64,000 nucleotides of DNA from Octopus vulgaris (taxonomy: Eukaryota): assembly GCA_951406725.2 (NCBI GenBank), contig OX597816.1, positions 118,730,001 through 118,794,000 of the forward strand, given 5' to 3'. The notes under the pieces are model-generated. The model ran no database searches. It was not told the origin of the DNA and saw only the letters and a program-made list of their open reading frames with translations. Shown piece after piece: positions 12,873 to 25,715 of the stretch; the stretch's first letter is position 1; every line of letters starts with the position of its first letter. The translations under genes were made by a program, and so were the position numbers.

Positions 12873-13153
12873 TATAGACATTGGTAATATGGAGGGTCAA
12901 TGTCATTGATATTCTTTGACCATCACTACCACTAACCATCATAATCGTTTTAATGTCTACTTTTCTATGCTTGCATGGTTCATGCTGATAGTGTGCTGGG
13001 GATAAAGTTTTCTATGATTGGATGCCCTTTGCAGTTGCCAGCTGCCACCTGTGGTGTTTCCAGGTGAAGTAGTTATCTCTCAATTTATTAAACAACAAAA
13101 GGACAGGACGTGTTTATATGGAGATCTGAAAACAAATAAAACGGTATGAACAT

Positions 13154-13542
13154 GCCGCAGGAGTGGCTGTGTGTTAAGTAGCTTGTTTACCAACCTCATG
13201 GTTCTGGGTTCAGTCCCACTGCATGGCACCTTGGGCAAGTGTCTTCTACTATAGCCTCGAGCCAACCAAAGCCTTGTGAGTGGATTTGGTAGACGGAAAC
13301 TGAAAGAAGCCCGTCGTATATATGTGTGTGTGTTTGTGTGTCCGTGTTTGTCCCCCTAGCATTGCTTGACAACCGATGCTGGTGTGTTTATGATCCCGTT
13401 ACTTAGCGGTTCGGCAAAAGAGACCGATAGAATAAGTACTGGGCTTACAAAAGAGTAAGTCCCGGGGTCGAGTTGCTTGATTAAAGGCGGTGCTCCAGCA
13501 TGGCCACAGTCAAATGACTGAAACAAGTAAAAGAGTAAAGAG
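13154..13542 (+). mobile_element. tRNA-derived SINE, family A, full length, young-looking
   Basis: Very similar to the 5947 copy and retains many CpGs. Confidence 0.9.
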
Positions 13543-14609
13543 TATGCCTTTTGTTTACAAATATTGCTCAACATATCGTGAAACCCAGACAAGATTTTGC
13601 AGCAGATTGCAATCACACCATCACCAGGGAGCGAGCACACATAAAGATGAGGGAAACAAATTCAATCATATAAACACATATAGATATAAATATACGACAA
13701 GCTTTTTTTAATTTCTGCCTATCAAGTTTACCCACAAGGCTTTTGCTGGGTCAGGGCCATATTAGATGTTTCCTCAAAGTGTTATGCAATGGGACTGAAC
13801 TTGAAACTATGTAGTTGGGAAGGGGACTTTTTAACCAGTCATGCCAATAATAACTTCAGCACAAGAAAAAAATTATGCCCCCACCCATATTGAGAATGAA
13901 AAACCTAGATGGGTAAGTAGCATGTAGAAATCACTGAAACCTCCATCCTGGTGCAGCAATCAGCCAATTTGCTGGCGCCGTTGAGACAGACATCAGCAAC
14001 AATAGGAAGCTTCATCTGAAATCAGAAGAGCTGTCAATATGATGACAGGAAATTGGCATGAGCATTGCAGAAATGTCAATCACAGACTTCTTGATGGGAG
14101 AGATGGGATTAAGTTTACATAAAAGTGTGTTTCTTTGTGTGCAGATGCATAAATACACATGAGAGAGAGAGAGAGAAAGAGAAAGAGAGAGAGAGAGAAT
14201 GTTAGACCTTGTGCATGAGAAGGAGGAATTTTTTTTCATGTTCAATGTAATTAAAAGTGAATATGGGGATATTAAAAAATTTATTAGTCAATCCAATACA
14301 TGTGTCTTTTTCTCTGCATGCATATTTCTAACCTAATCAGAGTGGAGTAACTCAGAGTAATTTTCTGTTTCTTTTGTGAGAGTCAGTGATTTCATTTTTT
14401 TAAATCCATACAATTCTTTTCTTACTCTTGTATTGGACAAGTATAAAAACTGCACAGCCAACTGTACCCCACAATCACGGAGGATCTTTTTTGCTTTCAT
14501 GTTTCACCCAACCATACAACACTACACTTGTACATGTCATTGTAGTCAGGCTCTTACTTGGAGAACAATAAGGCCTTATGAGCCTAAGGCATGCAAGTTA
14601 CAAGGCGAT

Positions 14610-14965
14610 CATCAATGTTGCTAGTGTCAAGATAAAAGAAAGGTACCCAGTGTACTCTGTGAAGTGGATGGTGTTAAGGATGTCACCCAGAAGTAGAAAC
14701 AACACTAAAGTAAACACTGGTGCACGACAGTCCTTCCACTCAGCAGACCCTGGCAAACTGTTCAACCCATGCTAAAATAGGTGCAGGTGTGACTGTGTGG
14801 AATCTTGCTTTCCAACCACATGGATCAGGGTTTATCCCACTGTGAGGCACCTTGGGCAAGTGTCTTCTACTATAGCCTTGGGCTAACCAAAGCCTTGTGA
14901 GTGGACTTGTTAGAGGGAAACCAACCCATGCCAGCATGGAAGGCAGACTTTAAATGATACTGATG
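14610..14965 (+). mobile_element. RTE-tail repeat interrupted by a truncated family A SINE
   Basis: The SINE head (~14778-14921) is flanked by the direct repeat caacccatgc at 14763-14772 and 14922-14931 (TSD-like). Confidence 0.7.
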
Positions 14966-15130
14966 ATATACCTTAGATATAAATGGCAATTTCTGTCTCT
15001 CTGTCTTTCACCATCTTGCTGTCCAAACAAGGGAACCAATCTTCAAACTTTGTATACCTGTTGAACTAACATCCAGTTCAATTATAGGCTAATTGGATTT
15101 CAATAAAATTTGATAATGGACTGACTACCA

Positions 15131-15945
15131 AATAAACTTTACTTTCATTTACATATTTGCATCATAATCTTTTCTAAAGTCAACTTTTATAAACATTTTA
15201 TACCACAACAATGACGTCACATTTTCTATATGAGTGTGTATCTTAAAAGACATTCATTTCTCAATATGTTATGAGGAAATACAATCACCCTCTCTCTCTC
15301 TCACATCAGCATATGTAAAAGATTTAAGACAGAGAGAGAGAGAGACTGAGTGAGTGTCACTTACACATACATGACACACACCTTCACTCACATGCACACG
15401 TCCATTTTATGTACACGTACATACATCTTTCACATTCTGCTCTCACTTCAACGGAAATTAATGAATATATTCGAGAACTGAGTTGCTGATTTTGACATAT
15501 GGGGTATCAAAAGATTCAGTAATCTATTATTGCTAAAAAATAAACTTCATTTTCATTTACATAACAAAAATTTAACATTATAATCTTTCCATAATTCAAC
15601 CATCCAAAATGATATTTTATATCACAACTACGATGACATCACATTTTCTATATGAGTGTGTACCTTAAAAGATATCCATCTCTCTATATTTATGAGGAAA
15701 TACAGTTGCTAACTTTCTCTCTCACATGCACACACATACATACATACATACAAAAAAAAAAGATGTACATGTATATGAAAGATGTGTGTGTGTGTGTGTC
15801 AGAGAGAAAAAAAGAGAGAGTGCACTACTTATACATGCAAAAAATACATACATAACAACACAAACCTTCACTCACTCTCTCACACGCTCAAATATGCCCA
15901 TTTCTTATACACATACGTACATCTTTCACTTTCTGCTCTCACTTT
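15131..15945. repeat. Diverged tandem duplication, ~410-bp period
   Basis: cacattttctatatgagtgtgta.cttaaaaga..ttatgaggaaataca and ttctgctctcactt each occur twice (near 15218 and 15640; near 15435 and 15930). Confidence 0.8.
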
Positions 15946-16696
15946 AAAGCATAAAGAAATAAAAAAAATTTTTATGCAAATTAACGAACAATCATATGAT
16001 TCCATATGATTGAAATGACAACTTTCCTGCTCCAAATGAAAGAATGCCATAAAATAACTTCCTTTGGTACACACACACCCCTTCACACACTCTAGGTAAC
16101 ACTTCTGTAGGAATTATGTTAATTTTTGCTATGTGTACATGCAAAACTACAGCTCAGATCTAATTGAAATTACCTTTTTCTATTCTGTAATTCTTGTTTG
16201 TGACGAGTGTATTTAAAAACTTGAACTTTGATATAAACTTAAAAGGAAGTTCTCCTAGAAATCATGTCTTTTACCTGTTGTTTCTAGCATGTCCGAGGTG
16301 ACATCTATGCCCCCCCACCCCAGCTGAATTTTTCCCCCCAAAATTTCTTCGGATTCCTATGTTTTCAATACAAGATATTAGGATTTTACTCCCAAAACAC
16401 ATTCTCAATATTTTAATTCTCTCCCTCCCCATCTCAATTTCTGCATTTTTTTCATTTTCAAATTTTTTCTAGGTAATCCATGGAGAAAAGAACAGAGTAC
16501 GAATCTTTAAGAATTTTCTTCTTTCTTTTTTCAAAAAGTTACAAACTCCCAATGTTACACTTTTAGCTTTTTGTAAAGTGGGGAAGCTTCTTCAGCAATA
16601 ATGTCGTTTACCTATTGTTTCTAACATGCCAGGTTTTCTGGTGGTGCTCTAACATTTTTTAACATCTGCTATTTCAGTACAATTCTATGCATGCAT

Positions 16697-16914
16697 GAGC
16701 ATGGCCGCTACCAGTACCACCTGACTGGCCCTCGTGCCGGTGGCACGTAAAAGCACCCGCTACACTCTCAGAGTGGTTGGTGTTAGGAAGGGCATCCAGC
16801 TGTAGAAACTCTGCCAGATCAGATTGGAGTCAGGTGCAGCTATATGGTTCACCAGACCTCAGTTAAATCGTCCAGCCCATGCTAGCATGGAAAGCGGACG
16901 TTAAACGATGATGA
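16697..16914 (+). mobile_element. RTE-tail repeat (family C), well preserved
   Basis: gtgccggtggcacgtaaaagcacc..ggttggtgttaggaagggcatccagctgtag..catgctagcatggaaagcggacgttaaacgatgatgat. Confidence 0.85.
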
Positions 16915-17676
16915 TATATATATATACATGCACATACATGTATATTCTTCCCAAGCATTAAACTAATACACCTGCTTGTTCCTACACCTGTCTTTGTCTT
17001 TTACTTTCTATAAATTTGAACTATATATGTGTGTCTTTGTTTCCCACCCCCAGCACCACTTGACAACTGGTGATGGCGTGTTTAAGTCCCTTAAGTACAA
17101 GGCTTAAAAAGTAAGTCTTGGGGTCTGAAATAAGTAAAAGAAAAGAATGGAAGTTGGACATTAAATGATGATGCATGGCTATATAGAGATACAAGAATGG
17201 GTGTGTTGACGAGTAGGCATAGCTGTGTGGTTAAGAAATTTGCTTTGCAACCACATGGTTTCAGGTTCAGTCTTGATGCACAACATCTTGGGCAAGTGTC
17301 ACCTACAACAGCCTCGAGCTGACAATTGCCTTGTGAATCTATTTAGATGATAGAAACTGTACAAAGCATGCATGTGAGTGTTTACATTCTGCACTTGCAA
17401 GGGAAAAAAAAATTGAGTTATGGACAATGTTGCATGTTGTCATTGCCCTACAAACAAATTGTAAGGTTTTGAAGACATATAGAATAAAAACTACTTGAGA
17501 AATAATGCTACAACATTATGAATAGTCATCTAACTCAAGCTAGCATGAGAGGAGGAGGAGAAAGATGTGAAAATGAATTAGGTCAAGACCCATATAAATA
17601 TTAATAGCTTTAGTTCTTTATTGTGCAGAGCCTTATTATTCCTTGAATTTCTACTGCCCTATTTACACTGTTACAT

Positions 17677-17935
17677 GGCATATTGTCTGTCTTAACATTC
17701 TGAATTCAAATTCTGCCAAGGTTGATTTTGCCGTCATCCCTTCAGGGTCGATAAAATAGGTATCAATTAGTGACATTTCATCTGTCTTTATGTTCTGAGT
17801 TCAAATTCTGCCAGGGTTAATTTTGCCACTCATCCTTTTGGGGTTGATAAAATAAATACCACTTGAACACCGGAGTTGGTGTAATCATCTTACTCCCTCC
17901 TCTTAAATTGCTGGCCTTGAGCCAAAATTTGAAAT
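17677..17935 (+). mobile_element. Family B SINE with a tandemly duplicated central block
   Basis: ttctga.ttcaaattctgcca.ggtt.attttgcc..tcatcc..gggt.gataaaata occurs twice, about 95 bp apart. Confidence 0.7.
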
Positions 17936-18204
17936 CAATAACATGGTTATTACTATCCCCCCATCTAGTATTTATTTATGTAGATGTATTTCACTTATAT
18001 ACACCTCTCTGTAACTCGAGGGTGTGTCTCTATACATCTCTCTACCCTCTTTTTCCAAATGGGAAAGCCATGTATCTCCTCTACAGCAAGACACCTGTTT
18101 CTGTCCCTCTATCATACATTAACCTCTCATCAATTGGTGCAAAGTCACTTCCCTTAATACTACTTCCCTAACTCAGTTGAGGAGTCTTGTCTTCCAAGTT
18201 ATTC

Positions 18205-18405
18205 AGTGACCTCAATGGTGCTGGTGCCGTGTAAAAAGCACCCAGGACACTGTAAAAGGATTGGTGTTAGGAAGGCATCCAGCCACAGAAACCATACCAA
18301 AGTGACAGCAGAGTTTGGCATAGTCCTCTGGCTTACCAGCTCTTGTCAAAGTGTCTAACCTATGCCAGCACGAATAATGGATGTTAAACAATGATGATGA
18401 TGATT
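18205..18405 (+). mobile_element. RTE-tail repeat (family C)
   Basis: gctggtgccgtgtaaaaagcacc..ggtgttaggaaggcatcc..gttaaacaatgatgatg. Confidence 0.75.
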
Positions 18406-21039
18406 ATGGTGATGATACACACACATATCACTATGAGAGTCTGACATTATTTATCTATTTTTTTTGTTTCCATTGTGTTGGCTTTGATTTGAATGAATTT
18501 TTTTAACAGCTGGATGCCCTTCTTATAAAACTAAACCCCTCATCCAAGAAGAATAGAATTGGCATTGATCTCAAGATACAACTGACATTTTCGGCATTAA
18601 AACCTGGAATAGCAGTAGTAATAAATTGTAATAAATTAACTGTAAAAATAAATCCAGAAATCGAACGAAGACTAATTGACTGTGCTCATATTAAAACAAA
18701 CACTTAAATGTTATGTCTCAGATTGTCAACTATGATGTTGATGTCACACGTGCTATAGTATTAGGTTTATAAGATGAATATATATATCAAAATGGTAGAA
18801 GTAATTAAAAGAACAAAAAATTAAATAAAATAAGAAAAACGTCATAAGAAGATTATTCAATTATGAAACAAATTAAAAAAAAAGAATAATTACCTAGAGG
18901 GTATTTAAACGTAAATAAATATAGTGACTACCAGAACATTGTTGATGTTATGATGAGATTTGATGCTGATGACGACTATAAAAGCCATGAAACACGTGAG
19001 AAAAAGAAAAAAAACTGTAAACACCATAGCATCTTACAATAACCTGAAATGTGGGCTTTGAGAGTAATATGGCGAAACAATTGAATATATTACAGCTGGC
19101 TGACTGAAACTGGTCAAAATCAAATGCATAATTAAATATGTAAGTAAAACAAAATAAAAGATGGGCAGGCAGTTGTTAACAGCATCAAAGCATTAATAAA
19201 TTAGTGATACAGATGTGAGTATAAAAAATATAATTAAGTAGAAAAACAGGAAAACGAAAAGTCCATATTAGTTCTTCAAAGATGGGAAGTTATCTGGAGA
19301 GTTCACACTCGAATGTAGCAGATGAGAGAGAGAAGAATCCTAGCAATGCTTTACACATGTTTCTGGGGTCTGATGATCTACAAGCATGATAGTATGCATT
19401 GTGTGTACATGTATTATGTAGTAAATTGCTTTTAGTGAATGTACATGAAATAACACACATTTAAATTCAGGAATCTCGCAAAAGACTGATCCTCTCATAA
19501 TGCACCAGCTGGCCACTTCGATCGCCAGGAGATATATGGGACAATCTGTTATTTAATTGAAGCATTCACCAATTGGGATTCAAACGTAAACTTGGAGACA
19601 TATGAGACACTATATGAAGCAAAAATTATGAAACAAAATCAAACATGCAAACAAAAATTTTTTTTAAATACTGACACAAATTGGAGTGTTATGCTTTAAA
19701 CATCCTTAACTACGGAATGAAATTGAAAACAAATCTAAATCGTAATCAAAATGAGACAATGTCAGGGAAAATCAATAAATTTCTAAATCAAAATACAACA
19801 ATTACATAAAACGTAAAATTTCTTCAGGTCCTACTGGATGCCATTAATTCTTCCTCCAATCACATACTATCATCGTAAACAAGGATTGAGCAGTTCATGC
19901 TGGTACTATTCACACTTTTCCATGCTTGCAGAGTTTATTGAGGCAAATTTTCTATAACAAGATTTGTCTTCCTGTTGCCCATTCTCACCTGTTTTCAAGC
20001 AAGGTAATATTTCCCCATGGCCAAACATGTTTTCACAGAAAACTGGAAATAAATCATGCAATGAGGCAATGTGGAGACTGAGACACAAACAAAAATATCT
20101 ATCTATCTACATATATATGTGAAAATGTGTGATCTAGTGGTTAGAGTGTTGCACTCATGATCCTAAGAGTGTGGTTTTGATTCCGAAACTGGTGGAGTAT
20201 TGTGTTCTCAAGCAAAACACCTCATTTCACATTGATTTACTCCACTCAGCTGTAACAGGGCAACCCTGCAACAGATTGACATTCTCTTCAGGAGGATGCC
20301 TAGCCAGTAGAGTGGCATGATTCAAAAGCTAAAAACATTGTAAGGAAGAACATTGTGACCAGTAGTAATAAAATCTGAGAGTATGGTCAATACAGTGATA
20401 TACATGAGCTTCTTTCAGTTTCCTTCTTTGAAATTCACTAGCAAGGCTTTGGTTGACCTGGGGTTATAGTAGTAGACACTTGCCCAAGGTGCTATGCGGC
20501 GGGACTGAACCTAAAAGCATGTGGCTGGGAAGCGAACTTGTTAACTACATAGCCATACCGGTACCTATACATGTACATATTAAAACGCTTCACATGAAGA
20601 AACGTGAGAAAAACATTATACTCACAACAACATGTTATCATCATACAATATTTATGTAGAAAGACATTTCCATTTTTTGTAGTTACTTTGTATGCAGAAA
20701 AAAACCCAAAAAACAACTTATCCATTTATCTATACAGAATATTGTATCATTAATAGACTCTTAAAATTATGAGACATACTTAAACTATCAGATGAAGTAC
20801 AACAACAAATGAAGTATTGGAGAAAAATTAAACATTCAACTATGCAAATGGAACTATTGTCATGGTTACAATATAGGTATCAGAAAAAAAATTATGATAA
20901 TAATAGGTTTCAGGAAGAAAAAAAAAAGTTGTTTTACATTAGAGACACATGTAGATGCAGGCATAGCTGTATGACTTGCTTGAAATCATGTTGTTCTGGG
21001 GTTGATCCTCACAACATGGTATCATAGGAATTTACCAGG

Positions 21040-21893
21040 TACAGTGCATTTGGGCTAAATTTGATGATTTTTCTATGTCTCCTTTTTTCAGAAATGGTTT
21101 GATGTATTGGTGAATAGACAATGGCATTGGAGAGGATAACATTTTAAGTTGAAGTTGAGAGAAAGTTAGCTGACATGGAGGACTGGAAGCCAACTAAATA
21201 TAGGAAAAGAGTTACCTGTATCATGACGATCTGAGCCAGGTATCAAAATGCCATTATCATAACTGCTGCCCAATGCTCTGTGAACACTGTAAAGGCTGTA
21301 AGGTGTGACATGGCCAGCAGGAAAGTACACAACAGGCATTCTGATTTCACCTGCACTCCAGGATTCATTCCCTCATCTTTGAATAGAGGCCCTAAGCTCA
21401 AATCAGACAGTTACGTGAAGCCACTGGAGAGGTTGCTGGTAGAAGATCATATGCGTGGCAGCAGGATTTGGATCCTTGTCATTACTTAGGAAAGAGCCAG
21501 AAGTGGCTGTTGGAGAATTTCTACGACTTCATCAGCTTGAATTTCTGGCCTCCTAATTCCCCTGATTATAATCTTATGGATTACTATGTGTAGGGTGCAG
21601 ATGAGGAAAGACACCAACTGCTTTATATGCAACACTAAGGTTAAGCAGGCAGCCAAGATCAACGATGCATTCAAAGATCTTCCCAAGGACACAGTGAAGA
21701 ATGCATGCGCCAGGTTCGACAGCCATCTTAAAGCTGTGGTGGAAGCTGTGGGCAGCTACTTTGAGTAAACATATCTCCTAGCCATAATCTAGTTGATATT
21801 TTTTGACAATTAAAAATACTTTCACTTTTGGATGAGATATTGTGCTTTCTTTTCCTTTCATGCAAACTGTCAAATCTATCCCAAACATCCTAT
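21040..21893 (+). mobile_element. Decayed Tc1/mariner-superfamily element (maT/DD37D-like)
   Basis: Reads FWPPNSPDYNLMDYYV*, equivalent to WPPxSPDLNPxDY, and ends ACARFDSHLKAVVEAVGSYFE*. Imperfect TIRs are tttgggctaaatttga and tcaaatctatcccaaa. Confidence 0.75.
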
Positions 21894-21927
21894 GAATGGA
21901 AACTGTCAGGAAGCCTGTACATGTAAT

Positions 21928-22245
21928 TGGCATTCTGTCAGTTATGACAATGAGGGTTCCAGTTGATCAGATCAACTGAACAGCCTGCTTGTGAAATTAA
22001 TTGGCAAGTGGCCAAGCACTTCACAAACACGTGTACCCTTTGTGTAGTTCTCAGGGAGATCCAGTGTGACATGGAATGCGACAAGGCTGGCCCTTTCAAA
22101 TACAGGTACAGCTCCCTTTTGTCAGCTGAGTGGACTGGAGCAATGTGAAATGAAGTGTTTTGCTGAAAGACACAACATACTACTGAGAACTGAACTCACA
22201 ACCATGCAATTGTGAGCTAAATACCTTAACCACTAAAGTACGCAC
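21928..22245 (-). mobile_element. tRNA-derived SINE, family D
   Basis: Minus head agtggttaaggtattt..gagttcagttctc..gttgtgtctttcagcaaaacacttcatttcacattgctccagtccactcagctg. Confidence 0.7.
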
Positions 22246-23447
22246 TTGGCGGACGTTAAATGATGAAGATTATATATATTATATATATATACATACACAC
22301 ACACCATCATTTTAACATTCTCTTTTCCATGATGGCTTAGCTTAGATGAAACTTAGTTGAGGCAGTTTTTCTGTAGCCAAATGGTTGTTCTTGTCAACTC
22401 TCGTTTCCAAGAACAGTACTAATCTTCCTTATTGCTTTGAACATGAGTGAGCATGTTTCTAAACACTGTAAGCAAAGAACACCATTGTATAGACACTAGC
22501 ACAGTTTTTCTGAAGCATGTGAATAATATCAAGGAAACATGAAGACAAACACATTCATCCACACGTATATACATATTATGTCCTTGCAGTTTCCATCTCT
22601 CAACTATTTGCATAAGGTATTGATCAGCTTGAAGCTATAATAGGGGACATTTGTAGTAGGAATGAATCTTAATTTGTGGTTGTGTAACCACATGGACATA
22701 CCTGCTTGCCTGTCTGTTTATGTGGATATTTGACTAAAGATCAGAGAGAAAACCAAACAGTGCTCTTTGAATAAAGTCCTTTGCTGATATTTGTTCTGCC
22801 CATATATATATATATACACACACATACACACATATCCTTGATGGTCTCAGAAACATAATGCACCAATGTTGGATACATGTAGCTCACTAATCACAATATA
22901 AAAATACACACATAAACAAAATCAATTAGCTCTGGATCTATGAAATCAGATAAACCTCTCTCTAGGAAGTATCCCAGTCTATCACAGGCAACACTTACAA
23001 ATCTATTATTTTCTGAAAGCTAGATGCAGTGGGGTACACAGGGTGAGCTGAAGTACATAAAATTAATAATACCCAGAAAAGAAAGGCTTGTAGTGGATAT
23101 GGTGTCATGACTCAGAAACTCGTTCTATAACACATTTCATTTCTATTCCAGCTGTGACCACCTCTTTTATTTTCTCCCAGACATAGTCTATTTAGGTCTT
23201 TCTTTTTTGAAATCAATAGTATCACCTTTTACCCTCTTCTCATTTCAGTCAATGGATTGCAGCCATGCTGGAGCACTGCCTTCAAAGGTCTAGTCAAACA
23301 AATCTACTTCAGTATTTAATTGACTTTTTCTTATTTTTTAGTCTGGTCAGTGTCTGTTGCTGAACTGCTAAGTTGTGATGATGTAAACAAACCAACACCA
23401 GCAGTCAAACAGAGAGGAGACAAACACAAGTGAAAAACACGCATGAA

Positions 23448-23705
23448 TCATCATCATCACTTAACATCTGCTTTCCATGCTAGCATGGATTGGATGGTTT
23501 GACTGAGGACTGGTGAGCCAGAGGCTCAATCTGATCTGGCAAAGTTTCTACAGCTGGATGCCCTTCCTAACACCAACCACTCCGAGAGTGTAGTGGATGC
23601 TTTTACGTGACACCGGCACGAGGGCCAGTCAGGGGATTCTAGCAATGACCTCGCTCAAAAGGTGATTTTTATGTGCTACCTGCATGGGAGCCAGTCTGGC
23701 AGCAC
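23448..23705 (-). mobile_element. RTE-tail repeat (family C) nested in a decayed family A SINE (~23230-23912)
   Basis: catcatcatcacttaacatctgctttccatgctagcatgg..ggatgcccttcctaacacc, with family A blocks on both sides. Confidence 0.75.
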
Positions 23706-24734
23706 TACCCACACATATCTATCTTTCTCTCTCTCCCTCTATATCTATCTGTCTATGTATATATATATATATATGTATATGATGGGCTTCTTTTAGTTTC
23801 TGTCAACCCAATCCACTTACAGGAATTTGTTGGCCCAGGATTGTAGTAGAAGAGTGTCACTGAGCTCTACCATATGGTTGAGAAGCAAACTCCTTACCAT
23901 ATAGCCACACCTGGAAGATTTGGTCATCATTTCTAGCAAGCACACAGAAGCTCTTTCATTGGCTCAAGTTGGACTGGGTTGTAGTGGTGGTGGTGGTAGT
24001 AGTGATAGTAATAAAAATAAGCTGTACCATTTATCATGTAATAGGTTTCATTCTACAGAAATACATGGTAATTAAGGCATATGGCATTACATTTACTATC
24101 CTGTCTGCTTTCCGCATGTCTGATTTATACTATTCTTTCTGGTAATTGCCTGTCTATTTCTACAGAGGTTTGGCTAAAATGCTGTGGTATTGAAAAAAGA
24201 CAAAAAAAAAAAAAAAAAAAAATCAGCCAAACCAACCTTGCTGATATAACAGTTTTGTTCTGCTTTCTGGTTTGAGATTGGCTTACTTTAAGATCTTTGT
24301 GAACAATTGTTTAATATGTGTAGTGAGATATCATATCCACACAGTACTATAGATCAGCTAAGACTATCAGAAAATAGATGACTATAAATCAATAGACCAC
24401 ACAGCTATCAACAGAACTCTGTAGTGTTTGTCTATGTCGGTAATTAGAGGATTAAATCCATACTGTTGTTTCCTGCAGGCACCCAAGTAGATATTTAAAA
24501 GGTACAATTACCAGCATATATAAATATAAAGTGTACACATTCTTCATAAGCGCATACTGAACACTTTTGTGATATAAATCATAAGTATAAATGCTTTGTG
24601 TGTATGTGTAAGCTTATCTGTATATAATTATAGCAAATATAAATGTTGGTTAGTTGGACGATCCCTCTAATCATGTTTTATAACATAGGAGAGAGAGAGA
24701 GAGAGAGAGTATAAGAGAAAATGTATGAGGTTAA

Positions 24735-24901
24735 TCCTTTTGTTATAATTTTGGTGAAATACACTATTTTAAAAATTTATTTTGAAATTCATGAAGTAAA
24801 ACAATATTTGTCATGATTAAGCTGGAATTTGGATCATAAATTCACATGAAGATTTGAATTTTGATCACTTTATAAAGGAAGCTTGTTATAGGAGCTAGGG
24901 G
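24735..24901 (+). mobile_element. piggyBac-type MITE, family 1
   Basis: TTAA-tccttttgtta ... ctagggg-TTAA, with internal similarity to the other copies. Confidence 0.6.
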
Positions 24902-25715
24902 TTAAAGTCAGTATAAGAAAATTGAAATTGATAAGCAGTGGTATAGAGATGGTGAAGCTGATACAAGTGATGTAGTTGATGGATGCCAAATACATGACAC
25001 ATATGTACATGTGATCTGTTCATGTTACACACAGAAACAATCACAGTTTAAGTAGAAGGATAAACTTGACAAATGGTTGGTATGTAACAGTAAAGAAGCA
25101 GTAGGTTTACATAACCACACACACATCTGAGATGACAAAAGATTGAAATATCTGCCCCCTTGCAGTACTCAAGGAGACTCATTCTCCACAGCAGAAGTGT
25201 TAATGCCATTCCGCCTGCTGAAGACAATTGGCCTGCAAGAGCCCTGTACTATAGCCATGTATAAAGCACCCAACACACTGTTAGGAAGGGCATCCAGCCA
25301 TAGAAGCCAAGAGAAATCAGACTGGAACCTGATGCAGCTCTCCTGCTTGCCAGCTCTGGTCAAACTGTCCAACCCATGCCAGCATGGAAAATGGGCATTA
25401 AAAGATGATGACGTATAGAGAAAAGGGGGAAAGAGACATAGTTTGCATGGCAAGTGCACACACTAAGCCTGATGGAAGGCAATGAATAAAGGAATGCCAC
25501 TCGCACAAAATAAAAGGGAGAGAGAATGATAGAATAATTGAATGTGAGCTACTAATAGTTTCATACACTGAAGATCTTATCCGAACAGGTTTTAAAATAT
25601 GCCTATTGTTTCCAAGTAATCTTCATGCTCTAGGTACAAGGAGACACTAGATGTGTTTTAAAACCTGCCTAGATAAGATCTTCAATATATGAAGCTATTA
25701 GTAGCTCATAATATA

